DNA of 64,000 nucleotides from Candidatus Latescibacterota bacterium (GCA_965223905.1 CBDCXV010000001.1:960001-1024000); one strand, 5' to 3'. Positions 27,245 through 39,559 are shown, counted from the first letter of the stretch. The notes: generated by a model from the letters alone, not told the origin. Numbers and translations are program-made.

Positions 27245-29182
27245 ATGACCGAAGCTCTGCCGCGGATCGGCCTGGTGCAGATGGAGGTGAAACCGGGCCG
27301 CCCCGACCTCAACGTCGAGTCGATGCTGCGCTACATCGGCGAGGCGCGCCGCCGGGGAGCGGAGGTGGTGGTCTTTTCCGAGCTCTGCGTCAGCGGCTAC
27401 ATCGTCGGTGATCTCTGGGAGGTGGACGAGCTGGTCGCCGACTTCGCCGGGTACAGCGAGGACATCCGCGGCGCCAGCGAGGGGATCACCGTCCTCTTCG
27501 GCAACGTCGCCGTCGACCGCGGGCGCATCGGGGAAGACGGCCGCATGCGCAAGTACAATGCCGTGTACGTCTGCAGCGACGGCGAGTACGTCGTCCGCCC
27601 CGGCCTGCCGGATGGATTGCCGCCCGGAGTGCAGCCGAAGACGTTGCACCCCAACTACCGCTTCTTCGACGACGACCGGCACTTCTACTCGCTGCGCAAG
27701 CTCGCCGCAGAGGCCGGGCGATCGGTCTACGACTGGATGGTTCCGTTCGAGGTGGCGCCGGGAGACGGGGGGCGCTTCCGCTTCGGCGTCCAGCTGTGCG
27801 AGGACATCTGGTGCCAGGACTACAGCTGCGACCGGGAAATCCTCGACACCCTCGCCGCCTACCGCGAGCGGAAGGCGCAGGCTGTCTTCAACCTCTCCTC
27901 CTCTCCCTGGACCTGGCGCAAGAACGACAAGCGCAACCGCGTCGTCCGCGACATCCTCAGGCGCTCGCCGCTTCCCTTCTTCTACGTCAACCAGGTGGGC
28001 GCCCAGAACAACGGCAAGAACATCATCGTCTTCGACGGGGACTCGACCTTCTACGGCAGCGACGGCAGCGTCAGGCGCCGCGCGCGCCCCTGGAAGGAGG
28101 AGCTCCTGGTGCTCAACCCGGCCGGCGAAGCGTCCGGCCCCCCGGCCCCGGAAGCGCCACCGCCGGAGCAGGAGGAAGTCGAGTCGGTGTACTGCGCCAT
28201 CCGCACCGGGCTGCGTCACCTCGACCACGTGCGCTGCGGCGAGAACCGCTTTCTCGTCGGGGTCAGCGGGGGGATCGATTCGAGCGTGGTTGCCTGCCTG
28301 CTGGAACGGACCTTCGGGGCCGACCGCGTCTTCGCCGTCAACATGCCGACCCGCCACAATGCCGGCGTCACCCAGGACAACGCCCGCCTGCTGTGCGAGC
28401 GCCTGCAGGTCGACTATCTCAGCTGCCCGATAGAGGACCTGTACCGGCAGGTCGCCGGCCGCATCGAGGGGATCGCCTTCCCGCGTTCGCAGGGGCGCTA
28501 CGACCGCCTCGTCGACGAGAACATCCAGGCTCGCATCCGCTTCTCCGACCTCCTCGCCGGCATCGCCGCCAAGCACGGGTTCATCTTCACCAACAACGGC
28601 AACAAGACCGAGCTCGCTCTCGGGTACACGACCCTGTACGGCGACCTCGACGGCGCTGTTTCGCCTCTCGGCGATCTTTACAAGGTGCAGGTGTTCGCCC
28701 TCGGCAGGTACCTCAACGACGCCGTCTACGGGCGCGAGGTGATCCCGGAGAACCTGCTGAACATGGCGACGGTGCCCAGCGCCGAGCTGTCCCCGGAGCA
28801 GGACGTCACCCGGGGGATGGGGGACCCGATCAAGTACGGGTACCACGACGCCGTCCTGCGGCAGCTGATCGAGTACCGGCGCCACCCGGCCGACCTGAAG
28901 CGCTGGTACCTGCGGGGGGAGCTGCTCGAGCGGCTGCAGTGGGGGGACTGGGAGGCGTTCAGCGCCCACTTCGCCGATGCCGCCGGCTGGCTGGAGGATC
29001 TCGACTGGGTGGAGCGCCGGCTGCGCTCGAGCTTCTTCAAGAGGATCCAGGCGCCGCCGCTGATCGTGCTGAGCAAGCGGGCCTTCGGCTTCGACCTGCG
29101 CGAGACGCAGTGGCCGGCGTATCGGCCGCGGGCCTGCGCCGAGCTCCGGGAGCAGGTGGTGCGCCGGCCCTGGGGGCCGTGA
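27245..29182 (+). CDS. nadE: Glutamine-dependent NAD+ synthetase
   Basis: Nitrilase domain triad (FSEL, PKT, LCED) plus SGGIDS, ENIQARIR, NKTE, Y.TLYGD, PSAEL, FKR.Q. Confidence 0.93.
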   Translation: MTEALPRIGLVQMEVKPGRPDLNVESMLRYIGEARRRGAEVVVFSELCVSGYIVGDLWEVDELVADFAGYSEDIRGASEGITVLFGNVAVDRGRIGEDGRMRKYNAVYVCSDGEYVVRPGLPDGLPPGVQPKTLHPNYRFFDDDRHFYSLRKLAAEAGRSVYDWMVPFEVAPGDGGRFRFGVQLCEDIWCQDYSCDREILDTLAAYRERKAQAVFNLSSSPWTWRKNDKRNRVVRDILRRSPLPFFYVNQVGAQNNGKNIIVFDGDSTFYGSDGSVRRRARPWKEELLVLNPAGEASGPPAPEAPPPEQEEVESVYCAIRTGLRHLDHVRCGENRFLVGVSGGIDSSVVACLLERTFGADRVFAVNMPTRHNAGVTQDNARLLCERLQVDYLSCPIEDLYRQVAGRIEGIAFPRSQGRYDRLVDENIQARIRFSDLLAGIAAKHGFIFTNNGNKTELALGYTTLYGDLDGAVSPLGDLYKVQVFALGRYLNDAVYGREVIPENLLNMATVPSAELSPEQDVTRGMGDPIKYGYHDAVLRQLIEYRRHPADLKRWYLRGELLERLQWGDWEAFSAHFADAAGWLEDLDWVERRLRSSFFKRIQAPPLIVLSKRAFGFDLRETQWPAYRPRACAELREQVVRRPWGP

Positions 29183-29240
29183 AGAAAAGGGGTACGGGTT
29201 ATATCACATCACTTGGATACGGCTAGACTATTTTTCTTTT

Positions 29241-29272
29241 CCGTGCATCCGTGCATCCGCGCATCCGCGCGC
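29241..29272 (+). repeat. Degenerate 8-mer tandem repeat
   Basis: CCGTGCAT CCGTGCAT CCGCGCAT CCGCGCGC at the edge of the low-GC island. Confidence 0.6.
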
Positions 29273-29403
29273 GTGCGCGAGGTGTGGGGCCAGTTTGTTG
29301 CAAGGTTAAGTTGAGTTTTTCTTAAGTAATCAGAGATAGTAAAATGCGAAAATAGCCGCCTCTTGATACCATGTTGGTCCTAAAGAAGCAGGAATCGAAA
29401 ATT

Positions 29404-30822
29404 TCAAATCGAATCGGATTGATATCCACTGAAAAGATCGTCACAAAAATCATCTTTTGCCAAGTAATTACGAACTAATTCTACGGACCAGGGTTCTTTC
29501 AAACCATTGTTAGAGGTTGAGCTTTCCTGATTTATGGGATTCGGAATGCTTTTTGAAAGGCATTCGACGGAGGCAAAGTTCCCGCTTAGCGAAGTGCCGC
29601 GTCGTTCAAAAAACTCTGACCTGCTAAGGACTATAGACACATCGTCTGTGGGTGCACGCCATTCATACGCTATCGCAACATGCTTAGATACGCGTTCGCC
29701 GTTTGGGAAATAAATAGCTCCAATTAAGCGCAGCGATTGAGGTTCAATTTGCAGTCGCAGTTCTTCCTCAAGTTCCCGTGTTGCACAATTTACCAGCGGA
29801 TCACCGCTGACCGCGTCTTCGCTTCGGACATGACCGCCAGCCCAAATTACTACCTTGTTATGGAGAGGATTATTGGAATGCGTTTCCCTTCGACGAAGAC
29901 GAAGTACCTCTCCGCTTCGATTTCGGACCAAGACAATTGGAAGCGCCTGGACACGAGAATCATCTTTTTCGACCTCATCTCTGGTTTGAAAATTACTACC
30001 CTCCCCATTGCGAAAATATTGAACCAGCTCTTCCGCTTCAGAGCCGGGGATAAAATTTGTCCTGTCAAACATCCTCATTATTTCGGCTTTGGGTGATGAA
30101 AGCACATTTTCGGCAATTTGGTCTTCTACCAAACCAAGGATAATTTCGGTAACGACTTCCGCGGTGCGTTGAGGATTATTTTTGGTTTCCCCACTAGAGG
30201 TGTCTACGGGAAATAAACGAAAAAATCCGCCATCTCCGAGTTCCTTGATACACTGCTGATTTATTTCCTTTATCTGGTCCAAGATCTCCGGATTCATTAT
30301 TGAACCGCTGGACCCTTTCACTGGAAGAACACCCTGCTCGCGTTTCATTGCGTCCTTTGCTGAGGTAAGCATCACAATTACTGCGGTAATTCGTTTCCTC
30401 CAGTCATCTAACGTCAAAAAATCCTTTATTACCTGCTTTTCTTTGCTCCAGATACGGGATATCCGTTCCATCATGGTCATCCAACAGATGGAATCGAAAA
30501 TGCCACGGTCGAGAAAAAGGATTTGGGGATCGTCCGGTCGTGGCGGATTCTGGGTCTTCTCCAGGATCTGACTTAGGGTAGTACAAGCGGTCCAGACATT
30601 GAAATTAGCGTGCTTTTTATCTCGAATTGGACAAACTGATGCACGTTCAATAACGATGTCTGTACGGAATCCACAACGCTTGAAAAATGTTTGGACATGC
30701 GTCAAAGTAGTGGTCTTTCCCGCCTTTGGGACGCCTGCGAATTCGACCACAATCGGGGTGCGTGCTTTATTTTCGAATTGACCCGCGGCTTGCTCCGCGC
30801 GAATTTGAAGATTCGATTTCAT
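29404..30822 (-). CDS. P-loop (thymidylate-kinase-like) nucleotide kinase fused to a Nudix hydrolase
   Basis: VEFAGVPKAGKTT Walker A, LFLDRGIFD, and C-terminal GGHV...CATRELEEEL Nudix box; GAGGAA RBS; strongly AT-rich. Confidence 0.8.
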   Translation of the reverse strand: MKSNLQIRAEQAAGQFENKARTPIVVEFAGVPKAGKTTTLTHVQTFFKRCGFRTDIVIERASVCPIRDKKHANFNVWTACTTLSQILEKTQNPPRPDDPQILFLDRGIFDSICWMTMMERISRIWSKEKQVIKDFLTLDDWRKRITAVIVMLTSAKDAMKREQGVLPVKGSSGSIMNPEILDQIKEINQQCIKELGDGGFFRLFPVDTSSGETKNNPQRTAEVVTEIILGLVEDQIAENVLSSPKAEIMRMFDRTNFIPGSEAEELVQYFRNGEGSNFQTRDEVEKDDSRVQALPIVLVRNRSGEVLRLRRRETHSNNPLHNKVVIWAGGHVRSEDAVSGDPLVNCATRELEEELRLQIEPQSLRLIGAIYFPNGERVSKHVAIAYEWRAPTDDVSIVLSRSEFFERRGTSLSGNFASVECLSKSIPNPINQESSTSNNGLKEPWSVELVRNYLAKDDFCDDLFSGYQSDSI

Positions 30823-30872
30823 GAGTTTTCCTCATAGTAAAGCCACTGGAAGTGGGTTTTATGTTGACTTTA

Positions 30873-31043
30873 TTAAACTAGTTGTGAAGTTGGGACCGTC
30901 AGGAAGCCATCAATACGTCCAAGCACATCAAGTGGGTTCCGTAGTTGGCACTTCAAAATGGTCGAAACTTTTGTTAACCACTCCTTGGTTGGACAAATCT
31001 AACCGATTTCCGTTGCAGATAGAATGCTCTTCCCAGGGATTGC
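30873..31043 (-). pseudogene. Degraded XRE-type HTH regulator remnant
   Basis: Manual translation KSILSATEIG*ICPTKEWLTKVSTILKCQLRNPLD resembles Cro/C1 helices 3-5, with an internal stop. Confidence 0.4.
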
Positions 31044-31084
31044 CAAGGACCCGTGTAGGAGCGGATTATCTCCCAATCCTCGCC

Positions 31085-31555
31085 CTACCGGCTCGGGCTA
31101 ACCTGCAGCAACTCCTCCTCCCCGTTGCTGGGGGTGCCCTCGACTCCGGTGAGCAGATCCTGCAGGGAGGTGTTTCCCAGCACTCCGTCGACGGCGTGCT
31201 GCACGCGCATCCACAGGCCGCGGATCGAGCAGTCGAAGGAGGAGTGCTGGCAGGCCTCCTCCATGCCGGTGAAGTGGTCGCAGAAACCGGGGTCGTAGAG
31301 GCGTCCACCGAGGGCGCTGAGCACCTCGGCGACCGGGATCAGGGAGGCGTCCCTGGCCAGGGAGTAGCCGCCGTGCTGGCCGCGCTCGCTGTCGATGATG
31401 CCGGCCTGGCGCAGGATGCGCAGGTACTTGGCGGCGCTGTGGGGGGTGATTCCCTCGGACTGCGCGATCTCCGGTATCGTCAGGCTGCCGCCCGGGTTGC
31501 GCGCGAGAGTCAACAGGCAGCGCAGTCCGTACTCTTCCTGTGCACTCAGCTTCAT
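31085..31555 (-). CDS. Rrf2 family transcriptional regulator (three-Cys Fe-S type)
   Basis: MKLSAQEEYGLRCL, S.RG..GGYSLAR, C-x10-C-x6-C. Confidence 0.9.
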   Translation of the reverse strand: MKLSAQEEYGLRCLLTLARNPGGSLTIPEIAQSEGITPHSAAKYLRILRQAGIIDSERGQHGGYSLARDASLIPVAEVLSALGGRLYDPGFCDHFTGMEEACQHSSFDCSIRGLWMRVQHAVDGVLGNTSLQDLLTGVEGTPSNGEEELLQVSPSR

Positions 31556-31569
31556 CGCCGCTCTCCTGT

Positions 31570-31902
31570 TCAGAACATGCCCAGTTCCAGCTTGGCCGCG
31601 TCGGACATCATGTCGGTGTTCCAGGGAGGATCCCAGACGACCTCGACCTCGGCCCCCGAGGCTTCGCCGACCTTGTCCTCGATCTTCTGCTGCACCTCGG
31701 GCGGCAGGGTGCCGGCGACCGGGCAGGCCGGCGAGGTCAGGGTCATGGTCACGTGGACCTTGCCGGCCTCGTCGGCGCTGACGTCGTAGATCAGGCCCAG
31801 CTCGTAGATGTCGACCGGGATCTCCGGGTCGTAGCAGGTCTTGAGGACGGCGACCACTTTCTCCTCGACACTCTCGGCCGGGTACTCCTTCTGCATCTGC
31901 AT
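31570..31902 (-). CDS. sufT: DUF59 Fe-S assembly protein SufT
   Basis: YDPEIPVDIYELGLIY, MTLTSPACP, WDPPW. Confidence 0.85.
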   Translation of the reverse strand: MQMQKEYPAESVEEKVVAVLKTCYDPEIPVDIYELGLIYDVSADEAGKVHVTMTLTSPACPVAGTLPPEVQQKIEDKVGEASGAEVEVVWDPPWNTDMMSDAAKLELGMF

Positions 31903-31909
31903 TTTTCCC

Positions 31910-32401
31910 TCACTCTGTAGTTACCGATTGCCTGGCGCCGGCGTCTTCCCGGACGCCGCGGCCCTCGAGGGCCGCCATCATCGCGTGCCATGCCAAGGTT
32001 GCGCACTTCACCCGCATCGGGAACTCCCGCACGCCGGCGAAGACGGCCAGCTTGCCGACCCCTGTGGTATCGACCGCGGCCTCGGGGTCGGACGTGACCA
32101 GGTTGTGGAAGCGCTCGAACAGCTGCCTGGCCTCGGTCGCGGAGCTGCCTTTGAGGGCTTCCGTCATCAGCGACGCCGACGCCTTCGAGATGGCGCAGCC
32201 CGAGCCTTCGAACGAGATGTCCTCGATAACGGAGCCCCCGTCCCCTTCGGCGACCTGCAGGTGGAGGTGCAGGTGATCGCCGCACAACGGGTTGTACCCC
32301 TCCTGCCGGCGATTGGCCCCGTCGATCCGGCCGAAGTTCCGCGGGTTGCGGTTGTGGTCGAGGATGACCTGCTGGTACAGCTCCCTGAGCTCTTCCATCA
32401 T
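31910..32401 (-). CDS. sufU: SUF system NifU-family protein SufU
   Basis: LYQQVILDH, NPLCGD, GCAISKAS, RVKCATLAW. Confidence 0.92.
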   Translation of the reverse strand: MMEELRELYQQVILDHNRNPRNFGRIDGANRRQEGYNPLCGDHLHLHLQVAEGDGGSVIEDISFEGSGCAISKASASLMTEALKGSSATEARQLFERFHNLVTSDPEAAVDTTGVGKLAVFAGVREFPMRVKCATLAWHAMMAALEGRGVREDAGARQSVTTE

Positions 32402-33645
32402 GCCAGCACCGAGCGCACCGACGCGAGGGCGCCGGCCAGGACGTCGACTTCCTCGCGGGTGTTGTAGAAGGCCAGCGAGGCGCGCGCCATCGCCGGAACC
32501 CCGAAGCGGGACATCAGCGGCTGCGCGCAGTGGTGGCCGGTGCGTATGGCCACCCCCTCGAGGTCGAGGATCGTGCCGGTGTCGTGGGGGTGAACCCCGG
32601 CCAGCTCGAACGCAATGACAGCGACCTTGTCGGGCGCGGTTCCGAAGATCCGCAGCCCCTCGACGTCCGCCAGCTTCTCGGTGGCGTAGGCGAGCAGGCT
32701 CCTCTCGTACTGGTCGATCCGATCGGCGCCAACTTCGTTGACGTAGTCGACGGCCGCCTCAAGCCCCAGGGCGCCGGCGATGTTCGGAGTGCCGGCCTCG
32801 AACCTGGCCGGCGGCTCGGCGAAGGTCGTCTCCTCGAAGCTGACCGACTGAATCATCGAGCCGCCACCTTCCCAGGGGGGCATGGCCTCGAGCAGCTCCC
32901 GCTTGCCGTAGAGCACCCCGACGCCGGTCGGACCGCAGAGCTTGTGGCCGGAAAACAGGTAGAAGTCGCAGTCGAGGTCGCGCACGTCCACGGGCAGGTG
33001 GGGTGCGCCCTGGGCTCCGTCTACGAGCAGGACCGCCCCGCGGTCGTGGGCGAGGCGTGCGATCTCGGCGACGGGGTTGATCGTCCCGAGCACGTTCGAG
33101 GCGTGGGCGACCGCCACCAGGCGGGTGCGCTCGGAGAGCAGGCTCTCGAAGGCATCCATGTCGAGCCGCCCGGAGTCGTCGATGGGGGCGACCTTGAGAG
33201 TCGCCTGGCGCTCGCTGCAGGCCATCTGCCACGGCACGATGTTCGAATGGTGCTCCATGTGGGTGATCAGCACCTCGTCCCCGGCCCCGATCCGGGTGCT
33301 CCCGAAGCTCGATGCCACGAGGTTGATGCCCTCCGTGGTGCCGCGGACGAAGACGATCTCATCGCTGCTTTCGGCGTTGAGGAACTGGGCGATGCGCCCG
33401 CGGGCCCGTTCGTACGCGAAGGTCGCCTCCTGGGACAGGCGGTGGACCCCGCGGTGGATGTTGGAGTTCTCCTCCTCGTAGTAGCGCGACACCGCGGCGA
33501 TGACGGAGCGCGGCTTCTGCGACGTCGCCGCGTTGTCGAGATAGACGAGGGGCTTGTGGCGCACGCGCCGCGCGAGGATGGGGAAGTCGCGCCGCACCGC
33601 TTCGACGTTGAGCTGATCGCTGGCTACCGCCGCCTGAATGACCAT
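32398..33645 (-). CDS. sufS: Cysteine desulfurase SufS
   Basis: YLDNAATSQKP, EHHSN, SGHK, RTGHHCAQP. Confidence 0.95.
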   Translation of the reverse strand: MVIQAAVASDQLNVEAVRRDFPILARRVRHKPLVYLDNAATSQKPRSVIAAVSRYYEEENSNIHRGVHRLSQEATFAYERARGRIAQFLNAESSDEIVFVRGTTEGINLVASSFGSTRIGAGDEVLITHMEHHSNIVPWQMACSERQATLKVAPIDDSGRLDMDAFESLLSERTRLVAVAHASNVLGTINPVAEIARLAHDRGAVLLVDGAQGAPHLPVDVRDLDCDFYLFSGHKLCGPTGVGVLYGKRELLEAMPPWEGGGSMIQSVSFEETTFAEPPARFEAGTPNIAGALGLEAAVDYVNEVGADRIDQYERSLLAYATEKLADVEGLRIFGTAPDKVAVIAFELAGVHPHDTGTILDLEGVAIRTGHHCAQPLMSRFGVPAMARASLAFYNTREEVDVLAGALASVRSVLA

Positions 33646-33649
33646 CCCT

Positions 33650-35005
33650 CTATCCCCCGGTAATCAGGCGTTCGACCTTGGCGTCGGCGAGGGCGCGCAG
33701 GTGCGCCCGCAGCTGATCCGGGCCGACGCGGTCGACCACTTCGCCGCAGAATGCCCGCGCCAGTACGCTGACCGCCTCGGCTCGGGGAATGGCGCGCGTC
33801 TGCAGGTAGAACAGGGCGTCTTCGTCCAGCTCGCCCGCGGTCGAACCGTGGCTGCAGCGCACGTCGTCGGCGTAGATCTCGAGCTGCGGCTGCGAGGTGA
33901 CGTCGGCGTCGTCCGACAGCAGCAGGTTCTGGTTCGACTGGTAGGCGTCGGTGTTCTGGGCGCTTCGATGCACGTGGATCCTGCCGCGAAACACGCCGGT
34001 GGAGGAATCCCCGAGCACCCCCTTGTAGAGCTCGTGACTGACGCAGTCGGGCCGCGCGTGCTCCACCGTGGTGAAGTTGTCGATATGCTCGCTGCCGGCG
34101 CCGAGGTAGAGCCCGTTGAGCGTCGATTCGACTCCCTCTCCGTTGAGCACGGTGACGACGTCCCGGCGGAGGAAGCGGCCCGAAAGGGAGGCGCTGGTCG
34201 AGGTGAAGCGGCTGTCCCGGCTCTCGGTCACGTGCAGCAGGCCGACGTGGCTCGCCTGGTCCCCCTCCTGCTGGAGGGTGCAGTGCTCGACGCTGCTGCC
34301 GCGTTCCAGCAGGATTTCGCACACGGCGTTGGTGAGACGGGAAGCGCTGCCGGAACCAGCTCCGCTGCCGACGAACGACTCGACGACGGCCGCGCTGCTT
34401 CCCTCCTCGGCGACGACGAGGGTGCGGGGGAAGGACGCCACCGGGCGGTCCCCTGCGCCGGTCGACACGTGGAGGATCTGAACAGGGCCCTCGATCCGGG
34501 TGCGCGCCGGGATGCGCAGGGCCGCTCCGTCCTCGACGAAGGCGGTGTTGAGGGCGGCGAATCCCGAGGCGCCGTTGCCGGCGTGGCGGGCGATCTCCGC
34601 GGCGAAGTCGGCCCCGCCTGCGCGCATGGACTCGGCGATGCTCACTGCCTGCACTCCCGCGGGCAGCCGGTCGGTGTGCGACAGCCCGGGAACGAAGCGT
34701 CCGTCGGCGAACACCAGCAGGGCCGCGGCCCCTTCCAGCGCGTGCGGCTCGATATCGGCGGGGCGCACCGTTCCCGCGGCGGCGCTGGGAGAAAACGGCA
34801 CCCGCGTCACCGCCTGCGGGTTGGAGTGGCGCCAGCTCTCGTCCCTGCTGGTTGGCAGCCCGTGCTCGGCGAGGTGGGCGGCCGCCTCCCGGCGCAGGGC
34901 GTGCAAGGGGGTTTGGGCGCCGCCGTTCAGCCGCTGCTCGAACTCCCGGAAACAGTCGAGGTACCACTCCCGGCGGTCCTGCGGCTGCCGCTTGGCCCGG
35001 CTCAT
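33650..35005 (-). CDS. sufD: Fe-S cluster assembly protein SufD
   Basis: LPTSRDESWR, FAALNTAF, PQLEIYADDVRCSHG. Confidence 0.92.
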   Translation of the reverse strand: MSRAKRQPQDRREWYLDCFREFEQRLNGGAQTPLHALRREAAAHLAEHGLPTSRDESWRHSNPQAVTRVPFSPSAAAGTVRPADIEPHALEGAAALLVFADGRFVPGLSHTDRLPAGVQAVSIAESMRAGGADFAAEIARHAGNGASGFAALNTAFVEDGAALRIPARTRIEGPVQILHVSTGAGDRPVASFPRTLVVAEEGSSAAVVESFVGSGAGSGSASRLTNAVCEILLERGSSVEHCTLQQEGDQASHVGLLHVTESRDSRFTSTSASLSGRFLRRDVVTVLNGEGVESTLNGLYLGAGSEHIDNFTTVEHARPDCVSHELYKGVLGDSSTGVFRGRIHVHRSAQNTDAYQSNQNLLLSDDADVTSQPQLEIYADDVRCSHGSTAGELDEDALFYLQTRAIPRAEAVSVLARAFCGEVVDRVGPDQLRAHLRALADAKVERLITGG

Positions 35006-35768
35006 GCCCCTGCCTGGGCGGTCTCTTTGCGCACCCACTCGTACCCCTTCCGATCGAGCTCGAGGGCGAGCTCCTTGCCGCCGGAACGGGCGATGCGGCC
35101 GTCGATCAGCACGTGCACGACATCGGGGATTATGTATTGCAGCAGCCGCTGGTAGTGGGTGACGACGACGACGCTCTTTTCCGGGGCGTGCAGCCTGTTG
35201 ACGCCGTCGGCGACGATTCGCAGGGCGTCGATGTCGAGGCCGGAATCGGTCTCGTCCAGCACCGCCAGCTTCGGCTCGAGGACGGCGAGCTGCAGGATCT
35301 CGTGGCGCTTCTTCTCCCCTCCGGAGAACCCCTCGTTGACCGGGCGCCTGAGAAAGCTCTCGTCCATTTCGACGAGCTCGAGCTTCTCCCTGACCAGGCT
35401 GAGGAAGTCGATGGCGTCGATCTCCTGCTCGCCGCGGTGCTTGCGGATCTCGTTGAGCCCGGTGCGCAGGAAGTAGGCGGAGTTGACCCCGGGGATCTCC
35501 ACCGGGTACTGGAAGGCCATGAACAGCCCCTCGCGGGCGCGCTCCTCCGGGTCCATATCGAGGAGGTCGCCGCCGCAGTAGGTGACCGAGCCTTCGGTCA
35601 CCTCGTACTCCTCGCGGCCGGCCAGCACCTGGGCCAGCGTCGACTTGCCCGAGCCGTTCGGCCCCATGATGGCGTGGATCTCTCCGGCGGCGACTTCGAG
35701 GTCGACTCCTTTCAGGATCTCGGTCCCGTCAACGCTGGCGTGCAGGTTCTCGATTGCGAGCATCGCCG

Positions 35769-35772
<4 letters not shown>
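35002..35772 (-). CDS. sufC: Fe-S cluster assembly ATPase SufC
   Basis: [41 protein letters not shown]. Confidence 0.95.
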
Positions 35773-37268
<1,496 letters not shown>

Positions 37269-37358
37269 TCTCCGGCCGCGGCCCGGGGCCTGAGAATCCC
37301 CGCGGCGCTGCCTGAAAAGAGGACGTTAGTTTCTGTAAATCGGTGAGTTACGAGGATG

Positions 37359-37390
37359 AACCTAAGAATCTTGAAAAAAATGTCAAGATT
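37359..37390 (-). promoter_or_regulatory. Sigma70 promoter of the suf operon with an overlapping palindromic operator
   Basis: Minus strand TTGACA-N16-TAGGTT; inverted repeat AATCTTGA-N8-TCAAGATT (37367-37390) covers the -35. Confidence 0.65.
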
Positions 37391-37433
37391 ACGAACCGAG
37401 CGGTTTCTGCGCCGGAGCGAAGGGGTGCTGCCC

Positions 37434-37496
37434 CCGGGCTCGCAAGGCTCCTGACCGAGTCGTACCCAGGGTGGATACCGACGGGACAGGACACTA
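37434..37496. repeat. Degenerate partial copy of the 16875-17038 palindromic element
   Basis: Minus strand GGTACGACTCGGTCAGGAGCCTTGCGAGCCCGG vs GGTACGCCTCGCTCAGGCGCCTTGCGAGCCGGG; end TAGTGTCCTG supplies the DUF58 stop. Confidence 0.65.
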
Positions 37497-38411
37497 TCCC
37501 AGGCGTTTGCGGCGCACCAGGTAGCGGGACAGGGCGGCGTCGAAGGGGGTCGCCGTATCGATGAGGGCATAGTCGACGCCGGCTTCGGCGCAGCCGCGGC
37601 GGTAGCGGTCGATCAGCCGGTTCATCATCTCCCGGTACTCCGCCTGCATGTGCCAGGGCTGCGTTCGCAGCTGCTGGTCCGGGTCCTCGAGATCGACGAA
37701 GCGGGTGTCCCCGCGGCGGAAGTCGAGGTCGCGTTCGCGGGGGTCGAGCAGGTGAAAGGCGATCACCTCGTGGCCGCGGTGGCAGAAGTGGCGCAGGCCG
37801 CCGAGGACCTCCTCCGGGTCGTCGAGGAGGTCGGATATCAGGATGACCAGCCCGCGCCGCGACAGGCGTTCGGCGAGGTCGTGCAGGACCGGGGCGGTGC
37901 GGGTGTCGGCCTCGGGCTCGGCGCGGGCCAGCTGGGTCAACAGCACGTGGAGGTGGCTCTGCACCGAACGGGGCGGCACGTGCGACAGGGCGCGGTCGCG
38001 GAACAGCGTCAGGCCGACGGCGTCGCGCTGGCGCAGCATCAGGTAGGCCAGGGCCGCCGCCAGGCAGCAGCCGTAGCGGAACTTGCTGATCGCCCCGGCC
38101 CCCCGGAAGGCCATCGAGCCGCTGGCGTCGACGAGGAGATAGGCCTTGAGGTTGGTCTCCTCCTCGTAGCGCTTGACGTAGAGGCGGTCGGTCTTGGCCA
38201 GGGCCTTCCAGTCGAGATCGCGGATTGGGTCCCCCGGCATGTACGGCCGGTGCTCGGAGAACTCGACCGAGAACCCGTGGTAGGGGGACCGGTGCAGACC
38301 GGTGATGAACCCCTCGACGACGAGACGGGCAATCAGGTCGAGACGGCCCAGTCCGGACACGGTTTCGGGATCGAGAAAGGAGTCTGCGCCACCGGAAGTC
38401 GCCGCGGTCAT
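37494..38411 (-). CDS. DUF58 (vWA-like) protein
   Basis: GLHRSPYHGFSVEFSEHRPY, DWK, VKRYEEETN, DASGSM, ISD. Confidence 0.9.
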   Translation of the reverse strand: MTAATSGGADSFLDPETVSGLGRLDLIARLVVEGFITGLHRSPYHGFSVEFSEHRPYMPGDPIRDLDWKALAKTDRLYVKRYEEETNLKAYLLVDASGSMAFRGAGAISKFRYGCCLAAALAYLMLRQRDAVGLTLFRDRALSHVPPRSVQSHLHVLLTQLARAEPEADTRTAPVLHDLAERLSRRGLVILISDLLDDPEEVLGGLRHFCHRGHEVIAFHLLDPRERDLDFRRGDTRFVDLEDPDQQLRTQPWHMQAEYREMMNRLIDRYRRGCAEAGVDYALIDTATPFDAALSRYLVRRKRLG

Positions 38412-38551
38412 CGCGATTCGGTCCCGGTGCTTTCCCGCAAGGCTGACCGCGCCTGAGGCCGGGCACCGAGTCGGGGTGGAGGGAAGGACCGCACAAACGA
38501 CCGGGCTGGGGTTGGAACCGAATTGTTCCCCTTCAGGTGCATCGGCCGCCC

Positions 38552-39555
<1,004 letters not shown>

Positions 39556-39559
<4 letters not shown>

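Noticed and set aside
29404-30822. NadR or NadM-Nudix NAD biosynthesis enzyme, given proximity to nadE
   Set aside because: No HxGH nucleotidyltransferase motif; opposite strand and foreign base composition
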